Origin: Candidatus Scatocola faecigallinarum
GTDB taxonomy: Bacteria; Pseudomonadota; Alphaproteobacteria; RF32; CAG-239
Reading direction: 5' to 3'
Assembly: GCA_018713605.1 (NCBI GenBank)
Contig: DVOM01000017.1
Location: 119 to 64,118, forward strand
DNA length: 64,000 nt
Shown: piece by piece, positions 1-9,607 of the stretch
Numbering within the stretch: position 1 is the stretch's first letter
Layout of the letters: each line of letters begins with the position of its first letter
Made by a program: the position numbers and the translations under genes
Notes under the pieces: generated by a model
Database searches by the model: none
What the model was told of the DNA's origin: nothing
What the model saw: the letters and a program-made list of their open reading frames with translations, nothing else

Positions 1-173
1 GCTGGGTAGCTAAGTATGGACGGGATAACCGCTGAATGCATCTAAGCGGGAAACCCACCTCAAAACAAGGTATCCCAATTAAGACCGTGGTAGACCACCA
101 CGTTGATAGGTCAGGTGTGTAAGCGCAGCAATGTGTTTAGCTAACTGATACTAATAGTCTGATTGGCTTGATT
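1..173 (+). rRNA. rrl: 23S rRNA, 3' end (partial)
   Basis: Conserved 23S 3' motifs GATAACCGCTGAATGCATCTAAGCGGGAAAC and GTTGATAGG...GTGTAAGCGCAGCAATG. Confidence 0.97.
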
Positions 174-236
174 TTTTAACGTATAAATAATCTGCTCCAC
201 AGATTTGGTTCTAATTCTTTCAGATGGTGTTTAGAT

Positions 237-354
237 GACCTGGTGGTAATAGCGAAGGTGTCCCACCCGATCCCATTCCGAACTCGGACGTTAAACCCTT
301 TTGCGCCCATGGTACTTTGTCTTAAGGCACGGGAGAGTAGGTCGCTGCCAGGTC
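237..354 (+). rRNA. rrf: 5S rRNA
   Basis: CCTGGTGG...CCCGATCCCATTCCGAACTCGG...GGGAGAGTAGGTCGCTGCCAGG; flanked by the processing stem CAGATGGTGTTTAGA/TCTAAACATCATCTG. Confidence 0.97.
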
Positions 355-398
355 TTCTAAACATCATCTGGAATGAATTCTTCTTATTGCAAGTTTTT

Positions 399-430
399 AA
401 GCCTCCTGCTTTTGCAGGAGGTTTTTTTTT
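399..430 (+). terminator. rrn intrinsic terminator
   Basis: CCTCCTGC-TTTT-GCAGGAGG followed by T9. Confidence 0.9.
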
Positions 431-817
431 AACGGATCTTCAGAAACTTTGTTTACAGATGCCGGTCGGTTCAGGCCGGTTTTTTGCGTCGCTGAGACGG
501 ATTGGGTTCGCTTCGGAAAAAGGCCGGCCTTGCTGCGGCAGGGCGTTCTGCGGCCGTTGTGGCGGCTTTCTTGCGGTCATGCTTTCCATTATATGTTTTG
601 CGGACAAAAAATGGCGAGGCTCAAGGAAGGTATACAAAATTAAAGGGCGCACAAAATGCAATGAGTACGAAAAATTCGATACCTGCTCCCGAAAAATAGC
701 TCATTGCCTTTCTTCCTCATTCCTTTACAATCTCTTCCGTAATCTCATTCACGTTATTATTCTTTTTTTATCCTTATATCTCTTTTTAATTTTATTTTTT
801 ATTCCAGGAGTGTGTTT

Positions 818-1021
818 ATGAAACAAGGTAACGTTAAATGGTTTGACTGCAAAAAAGGTTATGGCTTTATTACTCCGGACGGCGAAATCAAAGACGTCTT
901 CGTCCATATTACCCAACTCGAAAAAATCGGTATCAGAAAACTCTTCGACGGCCAGCGCGTCTCCTTCGATATCTATGATGATCGCGGGCGTATCGCCGCC
1001 GGTAATCTTAAATTGTTGTGA
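818..1021 (+). CDS. csp: cold-shock protein
   Basis: VKWF, KGYGFI (RNP1), DVFVH (RNP2); AGGAG RBS at 806-810. Confidence 0.95.
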   Translation: MKQGNVKWFDCKKGYGFITPDGEIKDVFVHITQLEKIGIRKLFDGQRVSFDIYDDRGRIAAGNLKLL

Positions 1022-1040
1022 TCGGAAATTTCACAACAGC

Positions 1041-1081
1041 ACAATTGTCCCTGACTTTCCAGTCCGGGACAATTTGTTTTT
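1041..1081 (+). terminator. intrinsic terminator
   Basis: AATTGTCCC...GGGACAATT hairpin plus T-tract. Confidence 0.7.
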
Positions 1082-1210
1082 GTCACAAAAGAACGCGAAA
1101 TCAAAAAATTGGCTTGACTTATCGTAATAATTTAATAACATTAACGCGTACTAAGCAGTAAGTGCAACGTGAATTGTGATTACGATTAATTTTTTTATAA
1201 GGAAAAGAAC

Positions 1211-1414
1211 ATGAAAGGTACAGTAAAGTGGTTCAATACCAAAAAAGGATATGGATTTATTCAGCCGGAAGGCGGAAATAAAGATGTATTCGTTCATGTT
1301 ACTGCTTTGGAAAAGACCGGTCTCCGCCGCCTGTTTGACGGACAGGTCGTAAGCTTTGATATTTATGACGATCGCGGCCGCAATGCTGCCGGAAACATAA
1401 TAATACTGAAATAA
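1211..1414 (+). CDS. csp: cold-shock protein (tandem paralog)
   Basis: GTVKWFN, KGYGFI, DVFVH. Confidence 0.95.
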   Translation: MKGTVKWFNTKKGYGFIQPEGGNKDVFVHVTALEKTGLRRLFDGQVVSFDIYDDRGRNAAGNIIILK

Positions 1415-1545
1415 TTATTTTTATAAAAGCCGGAGACCCCGCAGTTTTTCCCTGCGGGGATTTTTATGTTCATTTAAGAATTTTCTTGCCTAAAGTTCAA
1501 TTTTAGCATACACCTTGCCTGTATGTAAATTATCGGAATGAAGAA

Positions 1546-2112
1546 ATGAGTGGAATAGATGTCGTCCTGTTGGGATTGGCTTTGGCCGTGGACGCTTTTG
1601 TCGTATCGTTCTCTTACGGCTTAATCCTAAAAAGAAATCGCTGGCGAAATGCCGTAAGTCTGGGAGCTGCCACCGGTTTGGGACAGTTTGTCATGCCCGT
1701 TGCCGGTTGGTATGGCACAAATCTGGTGCATGGGTATATTGAAAGCATTGACCATTGGATTGCTTTTGCCGTATTTCTGGCTTTAGGATTGAAAGTAATT
1801 GACGAAGCCCTGAGCGGAGAGGATGAGCCTTGTAAGCTGAGCCGGCAGTTGACGTTTAAAGTGTTGCTGATGATTGGGCTGGCAACCAGTATCGATGCCT
1901 TGGTAACCGGAATTACGCTCTACTTTATGAATGTTTCGATTTGGTTTGCAGCGCCGGCTATCGGCATTATAACTTTTGTCTGTGCCGTAATCGGCTTTCA
2001 GCTTAACTGCTGTTTCAAAAAAGTTCCGACCAGATACTTGGAAATTGCCGCCGGAATTATCCTGATTCTGCTTGGCTGTAAAGTTTTGTACGAACATCTT
2101 TCCGCCGAATAG
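1546..2112 (+). CDS. mntP: manganese efflux pump MntP family
   Basis: LALAVDAFVVS, DHWIAF, ATSIDAL motifs; multiple TM helices. Confidence 0.9.
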   Translation: MSGIDVVLLGLALAVDAFVVSFSYGLILKRNRWRNAVSLGAATGLGQFVMPVAGWYGTNLVHGYIESIDHWIAFAVFLALGLKVIDEALSGEDEPCKLSRQLTFKVLLMIGLATSIDALVTGITLYFMNVSIWFAAPAIGIITFVCAVIGFQLNCCFKKVPTRYLEIAAGIILILLGCKVLYEHLSAE

Positions 2113-2117
2113 GCCGC

Positions 2118-2146
2118 AAAAAGCAGTTTTTCAAAACTGCTTTTTT
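2118..2146 (+). terminator. intrinsic terminator
   Basis: AAAAAGCAGTTTT-TC-AAAACTGCTTTTTT. Confidence 0.75.
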
Positions 2147-2321
2147 AATTTGGTCTTTAAAAATAAAAAATAGACAAAAGACAAAAAAGAGAATATACTC
2201 AAAACCAGATTTTTTATTATCAATACAGGTATTATTATCCGAGAGAATTTATCTTCGCATAATTCTGCCTGTTTTTCCGCGTGTTCTTAAATTTAATATA
2301 AACCCTTAAAAATTAGCAGTT

Positions 2322-2744
2322 ATGAAAAGGTATTTTATCGTCTTTACGGTTTGTATGGCGCTGATGCTTGTCGGGCTTTGCGTTATGCTGAAATTTGTCT
2401 GTCTGGGGAACTTGACCCGGGCGGCTGTCGCTTTCGTTCTTATGTCTGTTTCCGGTATTTTGAGTTATCTTGTTTACCGGACATATGATGTAATCAGGGA
2501 CATGAAATCTCATTACGAATATTTCGGTCTGGATGACGGCACGGCTTATATGCGGCTTCAGAACGATACGCGGCTCGATTTGTATTTCGGGTCACTGCCC
2601 GTTCGGCAGCTGAGGGAAGAACGCAGAAAATACGTTTTTCTGCTTAACGGTCTTGATGGCAACCGGAAACTTTTCCGAAACCAGAAGGACGAATTGCGTG
2701 CTGACTATGCCAGAATATTGCGGTTTATACAAAAATATTTGTAG
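2322..2744 (+). CDS. hypothetical membrane protein (2 N-terminal TM)
   Basis: 140-aa ORF with two hydrophobic segments; paralog-like to the next ORF. Confidence 0.65.
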   Translation: MKRYFIVFTVCMALMLVGLCVMLKFVCLGNLTRAAVAFVLMSVSGILSYLVYRTYDVIRDMKSHYEYFGLDDGTAYMRLQNDTRLDLYFGSLPVRQLREERRKYVFLLNGLDGNRKLFRNQKDELRADYARILRFIQKYL

Positions 2745-2746
2745 CC

Positions 2747-3184
2747 ATGAAAAGATATCTGGTTTTTGCGGCATGCGGCTGGATAGCCTGTTTGTCGGGA
2801 CTGTGTTTGGCGCTTAGCCTTTCGCCGTCGCTTGATATTAAACTTTTCGGCATAATTTTGTTTCTGTTTGGCGGAATGTCGGGCTATATTTGCGGAGAAC
2901 ATTACCGGCATATAATGAATATTGCCGGGGCTTACCGCAGTCTGCTGGGCATTAAGAACGGAGCCGTCCGTTTTCTCTGCGGTCTGTCTTCAGAAGAACT
3001 TAAAGGTCTGATTCGCGTATTGACGCCTGAAGAACTGACCGACGAAGCGGAAAGAACGGGCGCGGCTCTTGCTGAACTGAAAGACAGAAAGAGGGGCCGG
3101 CCTTGTAAGAAAATAAGTCAGCTGGAAAATATTTTGCGCGTTTTTGCCAAAGCCGCTGACAAGAAACAAAAAAGAGAGCCTTAA
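2747..3184 (+). CDS. hypothetical membrane protein (2 N-terminal TM)
   Basis: 145-aa ORF starting 2 bp after the previous one, same MKRY start and architecture. Confidence 0.65.
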   Translation: MKRYLVFAACGWIACLSGLCLALSLSPSLDIKLFGIILFLFGGMSGYICGEHYRHIMNIAGAYRSLLGIKNGAVRFLCGLSSEELKGLIRVLTPEELTDEAERTGAALAELKDRKRGRPCKKISQLENILRVFAKAADKKQKREP

Positions 3185-3200
3185 CGGCTCTCTTTGGCGT

Positions 3201-3938
3201 TTAAATCCCGATCCAGCAAATACGGACTCTTGCCAGCTCTCGTCCGTCTCCCGTCGCCTTAATGCGGTGAATTGTCGTCAGGTTGTCAAATTCGGTTTCT
3301 ACCCGGATGTCTTCGCCGTATAAACCCTCTTTTTTAAATGCAACTTCAATTTCCGCCGGCGTATGCGCAGCCCGGAAATCAATGCCGACCGCTTCGGACG
3401 CCCAAAGCGGATAAACCGCGTTGTTGACGTGGTTGTTCAGGTCTATATCATCAAAACGAATAAAAAATTCCGCAGCTTCGTCAATCCGTTGCGGCTCTGA
3501 TATTTTAGGAAAATCCGTATCAATAACCCTTTCCCCGATAACCTGATACATCGGCAGATTTTCCCGCAGGGCAATCGGCCTCCGCCGAGCGGCGTCAATC
3601 AGAATCCACTGGCTTGAGGCTTTAATGAGCGTATCGCCGTTTTCCGACTGTACCAGAAATTCGCGAATGGCGCCGAGTTTCTTTTCTACGGCCGGCCATG
3701 ATTGCACTTTGATTTTTTCGTGCATTTTGGGCAGCCGGGCAATTTGCAGATGGTAGTTGGACCCAACCCAGGCAAAGCCTTTGCTCAGACAATATTCCAG
3801 CCCCAGTCCCATCGCTGAGGCATGGCTGTCGGCAACGTCCTGAAAAATGTTCATTAACGTCAGCAGACGCAGATTTTCGTTCCGGTCGCATTCATAAGTC
3901 CGAATCAAATATTCTTTTTCAATTTTATAAATATTCAT
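3201..3938 (-). CDS. acyl-ACP thioesterase
   Basis: IRTYECD, FQDVADSHA, DIDLNNHVNN double hot-dog motifs. Confidence 0.9.
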   Translation of the reverse strand: MNIYKIEKEYLIRTYECDRNENLRLLTLMNIFQDVADSHASAMGLGLEYCLSKGFAWVGSNYHLQIARLPKMHEKIKVQSWPAVEKKLGAIREFLVQSENGDTLIKASSQWILIDAARRRPIALRENLPMYQVIGERVIDTDFPKISEPQRIDEAAEFFIRFDDIDLNNHVNNAVYPLWASEAVGIDFRAAHTPAEIEVAFKKEGLYGEDIRVETEFDNLTTIHRIKATGDGRELARVRICWIGI

Positions 3939-3950
3939 GTTTTTTCCTCT

Positions 3951-5486
3951 TTATTGCAGCTCTCGATAAACAAAAGGCTTCCGGAAGATTTTCGGCGGCA
4001 GTTCGCAGGCGCCTTTGCGGCGCTGATGCAAAAACATTTTGAAACGTTTCTGGCAACGGCGGTTACTGATGGTTCTTTTCAGAAAACCCATTCCGGACGT
4101 TTCTTTTTGAAAGACTTCGGTCAGATAGGCAAAATCATCGTTGTAAACAACAACCAGCCATTTTGCCGGCAGGGCGGAAACCTTTACGGCTTCGCTGCCT
4201 TTAAGCCGGTAGATTTCATTGTTACGGGGCGTGTCTGGAAGCAGTTTCATATTCATGTAGGCCGCCAGCTCTCGAAAATTGTCAATGACAAAAACCGGAC
4301 AATGTGTCGGAATAAAAACCGGCCTGTTCAAAATAAAGTTCAGATATTCGTAATCACCCAGAAAACCGTGTCCGAAACCCTGCAGTTCGGGAACCGCGTC
4401 AACGTCCGTAAAGCTGATGTTGTGAGCGTTCAGCTGCCCTTTGAGCGGATTAAAGAACGTTTTGGCTGTAATGATGCCGAAACAGTTTTCAGCATTGGCG
4501 TCAAAAGCCTGTGAAACATGGTTATAGGTGCCGATGACCACATAGTTGTCTTTCAGTTTGGCGATTTCGTCCCGGTCATGATTGTAAATAACCTTAATGC
4601 GTTTGCCGGCCATTTTGTCAAAGGAAATGCCGTAGTCGATAATCCGCTGCAGGTAGCTGTAAAAATCAGGATTCCCAAAAAATATCACGTTTTTTTTAAG
4701 TTTTAGCGCAGCCAGAAAAGCGATGATGTACATTTCCGGATGCGTCGGATAAACCGGGAGAAAGATTTTGCCTTTGCGGCTTTTTCTCATCAGGCAGACC
4801 AGCTTCTTAAATGTCGTCACTTCCTTAACCGCATAGCCGTCGTCATAAATGCCGTAAAAGTCCGTTACGGCAAATTTTATGTCTGCGGCCAGTTGTTTCA
4901 GGCGCTTGGTGTTGGTTGCTTTGCGAAAATAGGTGCTGCTGTCGATTTTCATGTCGCCGCTGTGATAGACGGTCGTGTTTAGCGTCCTGATGATAAAGCC
5001 GAAACTGTCAAAGCAGGTATGGGACGACGACAGCACCTCGATTTCCAGTGAGCCTGTCCTGATTATACTGCCGTCGTCGATAATGTTTTGCTTGGGCCTT
5101 TTGTATTTCGGAATGCCGAACTCCCTGTACAGGTCTTCCAGAATCATAAAGGTATATTTGCCTGCGTACAGCGGCGGCAGCGAATAGCCGGCCTTGATGT
5201 AATGAACGATGCCGTTAAGGTGATCGGGGTGCGAATGTGTCAAAAAAATCGCGGCGGCTCTATCTTTTCCTGCGCCGAGAAATGCCCGGATATCGGGAAC
5301 GGCGGCCGCTGAATTTTTGATTCCCAGCGCCTGATGATTGTCAAATTTTCCGAGATCGACGATTATTGTTGTCCGGCCGTCGGCGGTTACGTCGGTATAA
5401 CGGTAGGAATGCCCGCTGATTTGGTCAATGTTATTGCCGCCGAGCGGCTGCCAGTATAATCCGTATTCTTCCGATAAACTATTCAT
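3951..5486 (-). CDS. MBL-fold/beta-CASP hydrolase, divergent RNase J-like
   Basis: PLGG..QISG, VDLG, THSHPDH, SH, HSGDMKID, GHG, PTH motifs. Confidence 0.75.
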   Translation of the reverse strand: MNSLSEEYGLYWQPLGGNNIDQISGHSYRYTDVTADGRTTIIVDLGKFDNHQALGIKNSAAAVPDIRAFLGAGKDRAAAIFLTHSHPDHLNGIVHYIKAGYSLPPLYAGKYTFMILEDLYREFGIPKYKRPKQNIIDDGSIIRTGSLEIEVLSSSHTCFDSFGFIIRTLNTTVYHSGDMKIDSSTYFRKATNTKRLKQLAADIKFAVTDFYGIYDDGYAVKEVTTFKKLVCLMRKSRKGKIFLPVYPTHPEMYIIAFLAALKLKKNVIFFGNPDFYSYLQRIIDYGISFDKMAGKRIKVIYNHDRDEIAKLKDNYVVIGTYNHVSQAFDANAENCFGIITAKTFFNPLKGQLNAHNISFTDVDAVPELQGFGHGFLGDYEYLNFILNRPVFIPTHCPVFVIDNFRELAAYMNMKLLPDTPRNNEIYRLKGSEAVKVSALPAKWLVVVYNDDFAYLTEVFQKETSGMGFLKRTISNRRCQKRFKMFLHQRRKGACELPPKIFRKPFVYRELQ

Positions 5487-5551
5487 TAAAACGAAACCGA
5501 CCCAAACGTTTAAGTTAAGGTCGGTTTAGCAAATTATCGCCGGTTTAGCAA

Positions 5552-6307
5552 TTACTTTGTTTTGTTTTTCCTATATTCGGCCAGTTTAGCTTCCCGCCAG
5601 GCTTTGGCATCGGCTCTGGCTTTTGCCAGCGAAGCCTTGGCTTCGGCAATCCGCTTTTCGGCAATAACCTTGCGGTCATGTCCGGTTTTGTTTGCCGCCG
5701 GTTTGGTCATGTTGCCGAACAGGCTTGCGCTCAGGTCATTTTGCGCCAGCTTGACTTTTTCGTAAGCCGAAGCCAATTTGCGCTTATAACGCTGCGCTTT
5801 GGTTGGTACGCTGGAGTGATATGCCATGGCAGCTTTAATCCAGTCACGCTTCTGCTCGTACAAATTGCGCAGGAACTTGGCGCCGTACGTAACGTTTGTT
5901 TCCGGATCCAAAGCGTCTTCAATGCTGTCAAAGGCATCGCCGTGATAAGCCAGATTAATCTGCATGCAGCCGACGTCAATGCTTTTGACGCCCTGCGCCT
6001 GCAGTTTCTTAACCGCTCTGACGGCTTCTTCCTTGGTGGCAAAATAACGGCCTTTGCCCTGAGCGTTGATTGTCCACGGCCAAGCGAGCGTCTGTTTCTT
6101 AGCTTCGTTGTAACGTCCGGTTTCAACGCTCGAAATCGTAGTCAGCAAGTGCTTTTTGATTTGGTATTGTTGCTCAATTTTAGCTGTGGCTTGCATACAG
6201 ACATAAGCGTCGTCAACTTTCAGGTCATTGGCTTTTGCCTGTACGGGCTGAATTAACATCAGCAATAATACAAAAAACATTAAAATTTTTGATACGAAAA
6301 GTCGCAT
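5552..6307 (-). CDS. lytic transglycosylase (SLT domain)
   Basis: Signal peptide; ISSVETG, WPWTIN, SIDVGCMQIN, AYHS. Confidence 0.9.
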   Translation of the reverse strand: MRLFVSKILMFFVLLLMLIQPVQAKANDLKVDDAYVCMQATAKIEQQYQIKKHLLTTISSVETGRYNEAKKQTLAWPWTINAQGKGRYFATKEEAVRAVKKLQAQGVKSIDVGCMQINLAYHGDAFDSIEDALDPETNVTYGAKFLRNLYEQKRDWIKAAMAYHSSVPTKAQRYKRKLASAYEKVKLAQNDLSASLFGNMTKPAANKTGHDRKVIAEKRIAEAKASLAKARADAKAWREAKLAEYRKNKTK

Positions 6308-6535
6308 CCCTCTGCTCCCCAAAAGCGGCCACAAACATCCCTTATGCAACAAATGTGCCAATTTCAATTTGCTTAACGGCAGTAAAAATACAAAACGCTT
6401 AAAGGTTGGTTATATTAAATTAAACTCCAAATCGTTAAAATATCCTAACAATCTCTCGTTATAATTAAAAAAATCAAAAATGCTCCCGGAAATATAAACC
6501 GGGAATCTTCAAAAACAAGGGGGTTTATAACACAG

Positions 6536-7420
6536 TTAAAATTTAAAATCCAGCAAAAATTGTGCCAAAGCCTTCAGTGAGGCGCTGATGTCTGAGCTAA
6601 CCTTATGAAAATCATTGTTTTTTTTGTGTGTGTTTTCTTCCATGTAAAGGGCGCGATTGGTTTCCAGCTGCAGGGTAAAGATTTTGCGTCGCGGCTGGCA
6701 GAAATTAAAGGTTATGAAAGCGCCCGAGTAGGGACAGTTGAACGTGGTGTGATATTTTCGTTTTTCCAGTTCGTCTTTCAGAAAACTGCCGAATTCTCCC
6801 GGGCAGCTTTGCTCAAACAGATTTCCAAGACAGAATTCGATGTTTTGACCGTCGTTCATAATGGAGCAGATTTTGGACGGCATCGAATGGCAGTCAACCA
6901 GCAGGCAGAAACCAAACTTCTTGACGCATTTGTCAACCAACTGCTGCAGGCGCTTGTGATAAGCGTCGTATACGTTTCTGAAACGTTCCTGAACTTCGTC
7001 GAAATTCAGCAAACCGTCATATATGTTGTTATTGTTGGCGGAAATTCGGTGTATCACGCCTAACCCGACCCTGCAACGCCGTCCCATCGGCAGGTCTTTC
7101 TGCGGATGGTTGAAAAACATGGCCGGGTCTATTTCGATTTTGTCGCGGTTGACGTCGACAAAAGCCCGGTTGATGTTCATCGAAATCATCGGAATTCCGG
7201 CATTAGATGCCGGCCGGACAAGCTCGTCGACGAAGGAGTCTTCGTTGCTGCGCAGCTCGTTGATGTCCATTTTGACCGCGTTGAGAAATTCTTCGGGAAA
7301 AAACTGTCCGCAGTGCGGTGCCGACAAAACCATCGGAAATTTGATTTCCGAGGTGTTGCATTCCTCAAAAATCCTCAGCTTCCTGTAGTTTACCTTAAAG
7401 TCAATATGTTTCTCGGCCAC
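6536..7420 (-). CDS. N-formylglutamate amidohydrolase
   Basis: SAPHCG, EDSFVD, RAFVDVNR, GLGVI, DCHSMPS, QLETNRALY. Confidence 0.88.
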   Translation of the reverse strand: MAEKHIDFKVNYRKLRIFEECNTSEIKFPMVLSAPHCGQFFPEEFLNAVKMDINELRSNEDSFVDELVRPASNAGIPMISMNINRAFVDVNRDKIEIDPAMFFNHPQKDLPMGRRCRVGLGVIHRISANNNNIYDGLLNFDEVQERFRNVYDAYHKRLQQLVDKCVKKFGFCLLVDCHSMPSKICSIMNDGQNIEFCLGNLFEQSCPGEFGSFLKDELEKRKYHTTFNCPYSGAFITFNFCQPRRKIFTLQLETNRALYMEENTHKKNNDFHKVSSDISASLKALAQFLLDFKF

Positions 7421-7547
7421 GTTTTTCTCCTTATGGTTTGTAAAAGTATAATCAAAAATTATTAAATTTTTAATAATACATTTAAAGACGGCTGAAAGGC
7501 TTTTTCAGCATAAAAATCCGAAAAAGAAAAAAACAGCTAAAAAATGC

Positions 7548-7576
7548 TTGCATTTCTGAAAAAAAGATTTTATAAA
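7548..7576 (+). promoter_or_regulatory. sigma70-like promoter of tRNA-Val
   Basis: TTGCAT-N17-TATAAA. Confidence 0.6.
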
Positions 7577-7596
7577 GGCAAAGTCCTGAAGACATC

Positions 7597-7672
7597 GGGT
7601 GTGTAGCTCAGCGGTATGAGCACTACGTTGACATCGTAGGGGTCACAAGTTCGATCCTTGTCACACCCACCA
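7597..7672 (+). tRNA. tRNA-Val(GAC)
   Basis: Cloverleaf; anticodon arm CTACG-TTGACAT-CGTAG; GTTCGAT T-loop; encoded CCA. Confidence 0.96.
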
Positions 7673-7683
7673 ATAACAATAAA

Positions 7684-7946
7684 GCCTCCCTTGCGGAGGC
7701 TTTATTGTTATTGGCAGGGTATGCTGGAGAGAACTTGTGAAACAAGTTCGGCGACCGAGTTCCGCATTGGGGAACGAGGGAGAGTGACGAGCATGGCGAG
7801 GAAGCTGAAGGCGGCAGCGTGCGCAGCGCCTGCCCAAACTTGTCATACCCACGCCGTTTTTTTGCCTCCCTTGCGGAGGCTTTATTGTTATTGGCAGGGT
7901 ATGCTGGAGAGAACTTGTGAAACAAGTTCGGCGACCGAGTTCCGCA
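7684..7946. repeat. 83-bp exact direct repeat (7684-7766 / 7864-7946), 180-bp period, tRNA-linked
   Basis: Identical GCCTCCCTTGCGGAGGC...GAGTTCCGCA in both copies. Confidence 0.92.
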
Positions 7947-8030
7947 GTTTGGGCGGTTTTTCTGTCTGATAACTTGTCTGCCCGGTTGGCAAGTGTCCTG
8001 CTCTGTGCTAATCTGGGGCAAATTGAAAAC

Positions 8031-8891
8031 ATGGAAAATCTGATGATTGATTTGCATTGTCATTCTACAGCTTCCGACGGGACCGATTCGCCGTCGCGAA
8101 TAATTGAAAAAGCGCATGAAATCGGACTGACGGCAATAGCCTTGACGGATCATGATGTCGTTGACGGTCTGGCGGAATTTCAGGCTGCCGCCGCAAAATA
8201 TCCCGGTTTGTGGGCTGTCAACGGTACGGAGCTGGCGGTAGATTGTCCCGGCGCCAGCGTCGAAATTTTGGCGCTGGATATAAAAGACATCAATCCTTTC
8301 CGCGAGCGGCAAAAGAAATTGATAGCTTTTCGCAATCAGGCGCTTGTCGAACGTATTGATAAACTGAACGGGCTGGGTATCGAAATAACCACGGAAGATG
8401 TTTATCTGAAGCCGGACGGCAGTTGCCGCAGTGTCGTCGGCCGTCCGCATATTGCCGCCGTCTTGCTGGAAAAAGGTTATGTTGCCACGATTCAGGAGGC
8501 GTTTGACCGTTATTTGAAACGCGGTGCCGCGGCGTATGTGCCGAAGAGGAATCCGCCCTTGCGTGAAACGATAGAATTTGTCCGCAGTCATAATGCGGTT
8601 GCTTCGTTGGCACATCCGATTCATACCCGGCTTGACGACGAAAGCTTATTTAACCTGCTGAAAAAGATGAAAGATTACGGTTTACAGGCAATGGAATGTT
8701 ATCATTCGGATCAGACGCCTGCCGATACGCGGAAATATCTGCAAATGGCCGGCCGGCTCGGACTGTTTGCGACCGGCGGTTCCGATTATCACGGCGCCGT
8801 ACATCCCGATATTGAACTTGGACGCGGCAAAGGCAGGCTGAATATGCCCGATTCGCTGTTGCAGCCTTTTATTGAAAGAAAAAAACTATGA
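8031..8891 (+). CDS. PHP domain phosphoesterase (TrpH/YciV-like)
   Basis: IDLHCHSTASDG, ALTDHD, GRPHIA, LAHP, TGGSDYHG. Confidence 0.92.
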   Translation: MENLMIDLHCHSTASDGTDSPSRIIEKAHEIGLTAIALTDHDVVDGLAEFQAAAAKYPGLWAVNGTELAVDCPGASVEILALDIKDINPFRERQKKLIAFRNQALVERIDKLNGLGIEITTEDVYLKPDGSCRSVVGRPHIAAVLLEKGYVATIQEAFDRYLKRGAAAYVPKRNPPLRETIEFVRSHNAVASLAHPIHTRLDDESLFNLLKKMKDYGLQAMECYHSDQTPADTRKYLQMAGRLGLFATGGSDYHGAVHPDIELGRGKGRLNMPDSLLQPFIERKKL

Positions 8892-9607
8892 CAACGGCGG
8901 AATTGATATTGCAGGAGCTTCGCAAACGAGCCGATGTCGTGCAGGCTGAAAATTCGCGGCGCTTTTTCAAAACCGGAAAAGGCGAATACGGGGAGGGTGA
9001 CGTTTTCCTTGGAATTAAGCTGCCTGAAATAAAGGTGCTGGTAAAAGAATATGCGCCGTCGCTTGATTTTGTTGCGCTTGCCGTCCTCTTCCGCCAGCCG
9101 TACCATGAGGCTCGCGCCGTTGCCGCCAGAAGTTTGGTTTGGCGCTATGAACACAGCCGCGGAAATGCGGAAGCCAAACGTCAGATTGTTGACTTTTATC
9201 TGGCGAGCCGGGCCGCCATAAACAACTGGGATTTGGTTGATGTCTCGGCTTACAGGATTCTCGGCGCTTATGTATACGAAACCGGCGAGCGTTCAGTTTT
9301 GTATCGTCTTGCCGAAGAAAACAGCCTTTGGTCGCAGCGGATGTCTGTGGTCGCTTGCCTGTATTTGATAAAGAAAGACGACTTTGCCGACATTAAAAAG
9401 CTGTCGGTCAGATTTCTTGCGCATCCGCACGATTTAATGCGCAAGGCCGTTGGCTGGATGCTTCGCGAAATGGGCAAGCGCAGCGAAGCCGAGCTGCGGC
9501 GTTTTCTGGATGAATATGCGGCGCGGCTGTCCAGAACGGCACTGCGTTATGCGATTGAACGGCTGGCGCCGGAGCAGTGCCGGCATTATATGGACATGAG
9601 ACAATGA
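8888..9607 (+). CDS. DNA alkylation repair protein (AlkD-like)
   Basis: FFKTGKGEYGEGD, INNWDLVD, KAVGWMLRE. Confidence 0.9.
   Translation: MTTAELILQELRKRADVVQAENSRRFFKTGKGEYGEGDVFLGIKLPEIKVLVKEYAPSLDFVALAVLFRQPYHEARAVAARSLVWRYEHSRGNAEAKRQIVDFYLASRAAINNWDLVDVSAYRILGAYVYETGERSVLYRLAEENSLWSQRMSVVACLYLIKKDDFADIKKLSVRFLAHPHDLMRKAVGWMLREMGKRSEAELRRFLDEYAARLSRTALRYAIERLAPEQCRHYMDMRQ

Noticed and set aside
176-821. ORFs 176-367, 243-821, 440-661, 449-643, 502-699
   Set aside because: They overlap the 5S rRNA, terminator and intergenic DNA; no RBS or protein motif.
7684-7946. Repeat-spacer-repeat as a mini CRISPR array
   Set aside because: The 83-bp repeat and 97-bp spacer are too long, there are only two copies and no cas genes; better explained as tRNA-linked.
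7623-8624. 333-aa minus-strand ORF with an internal repeat, and ORFs 7658-7969 and 7661-8032
   Set aside because: Shadow of the PHP gene, the 83-bp DNA repeat and tRNA-Val.
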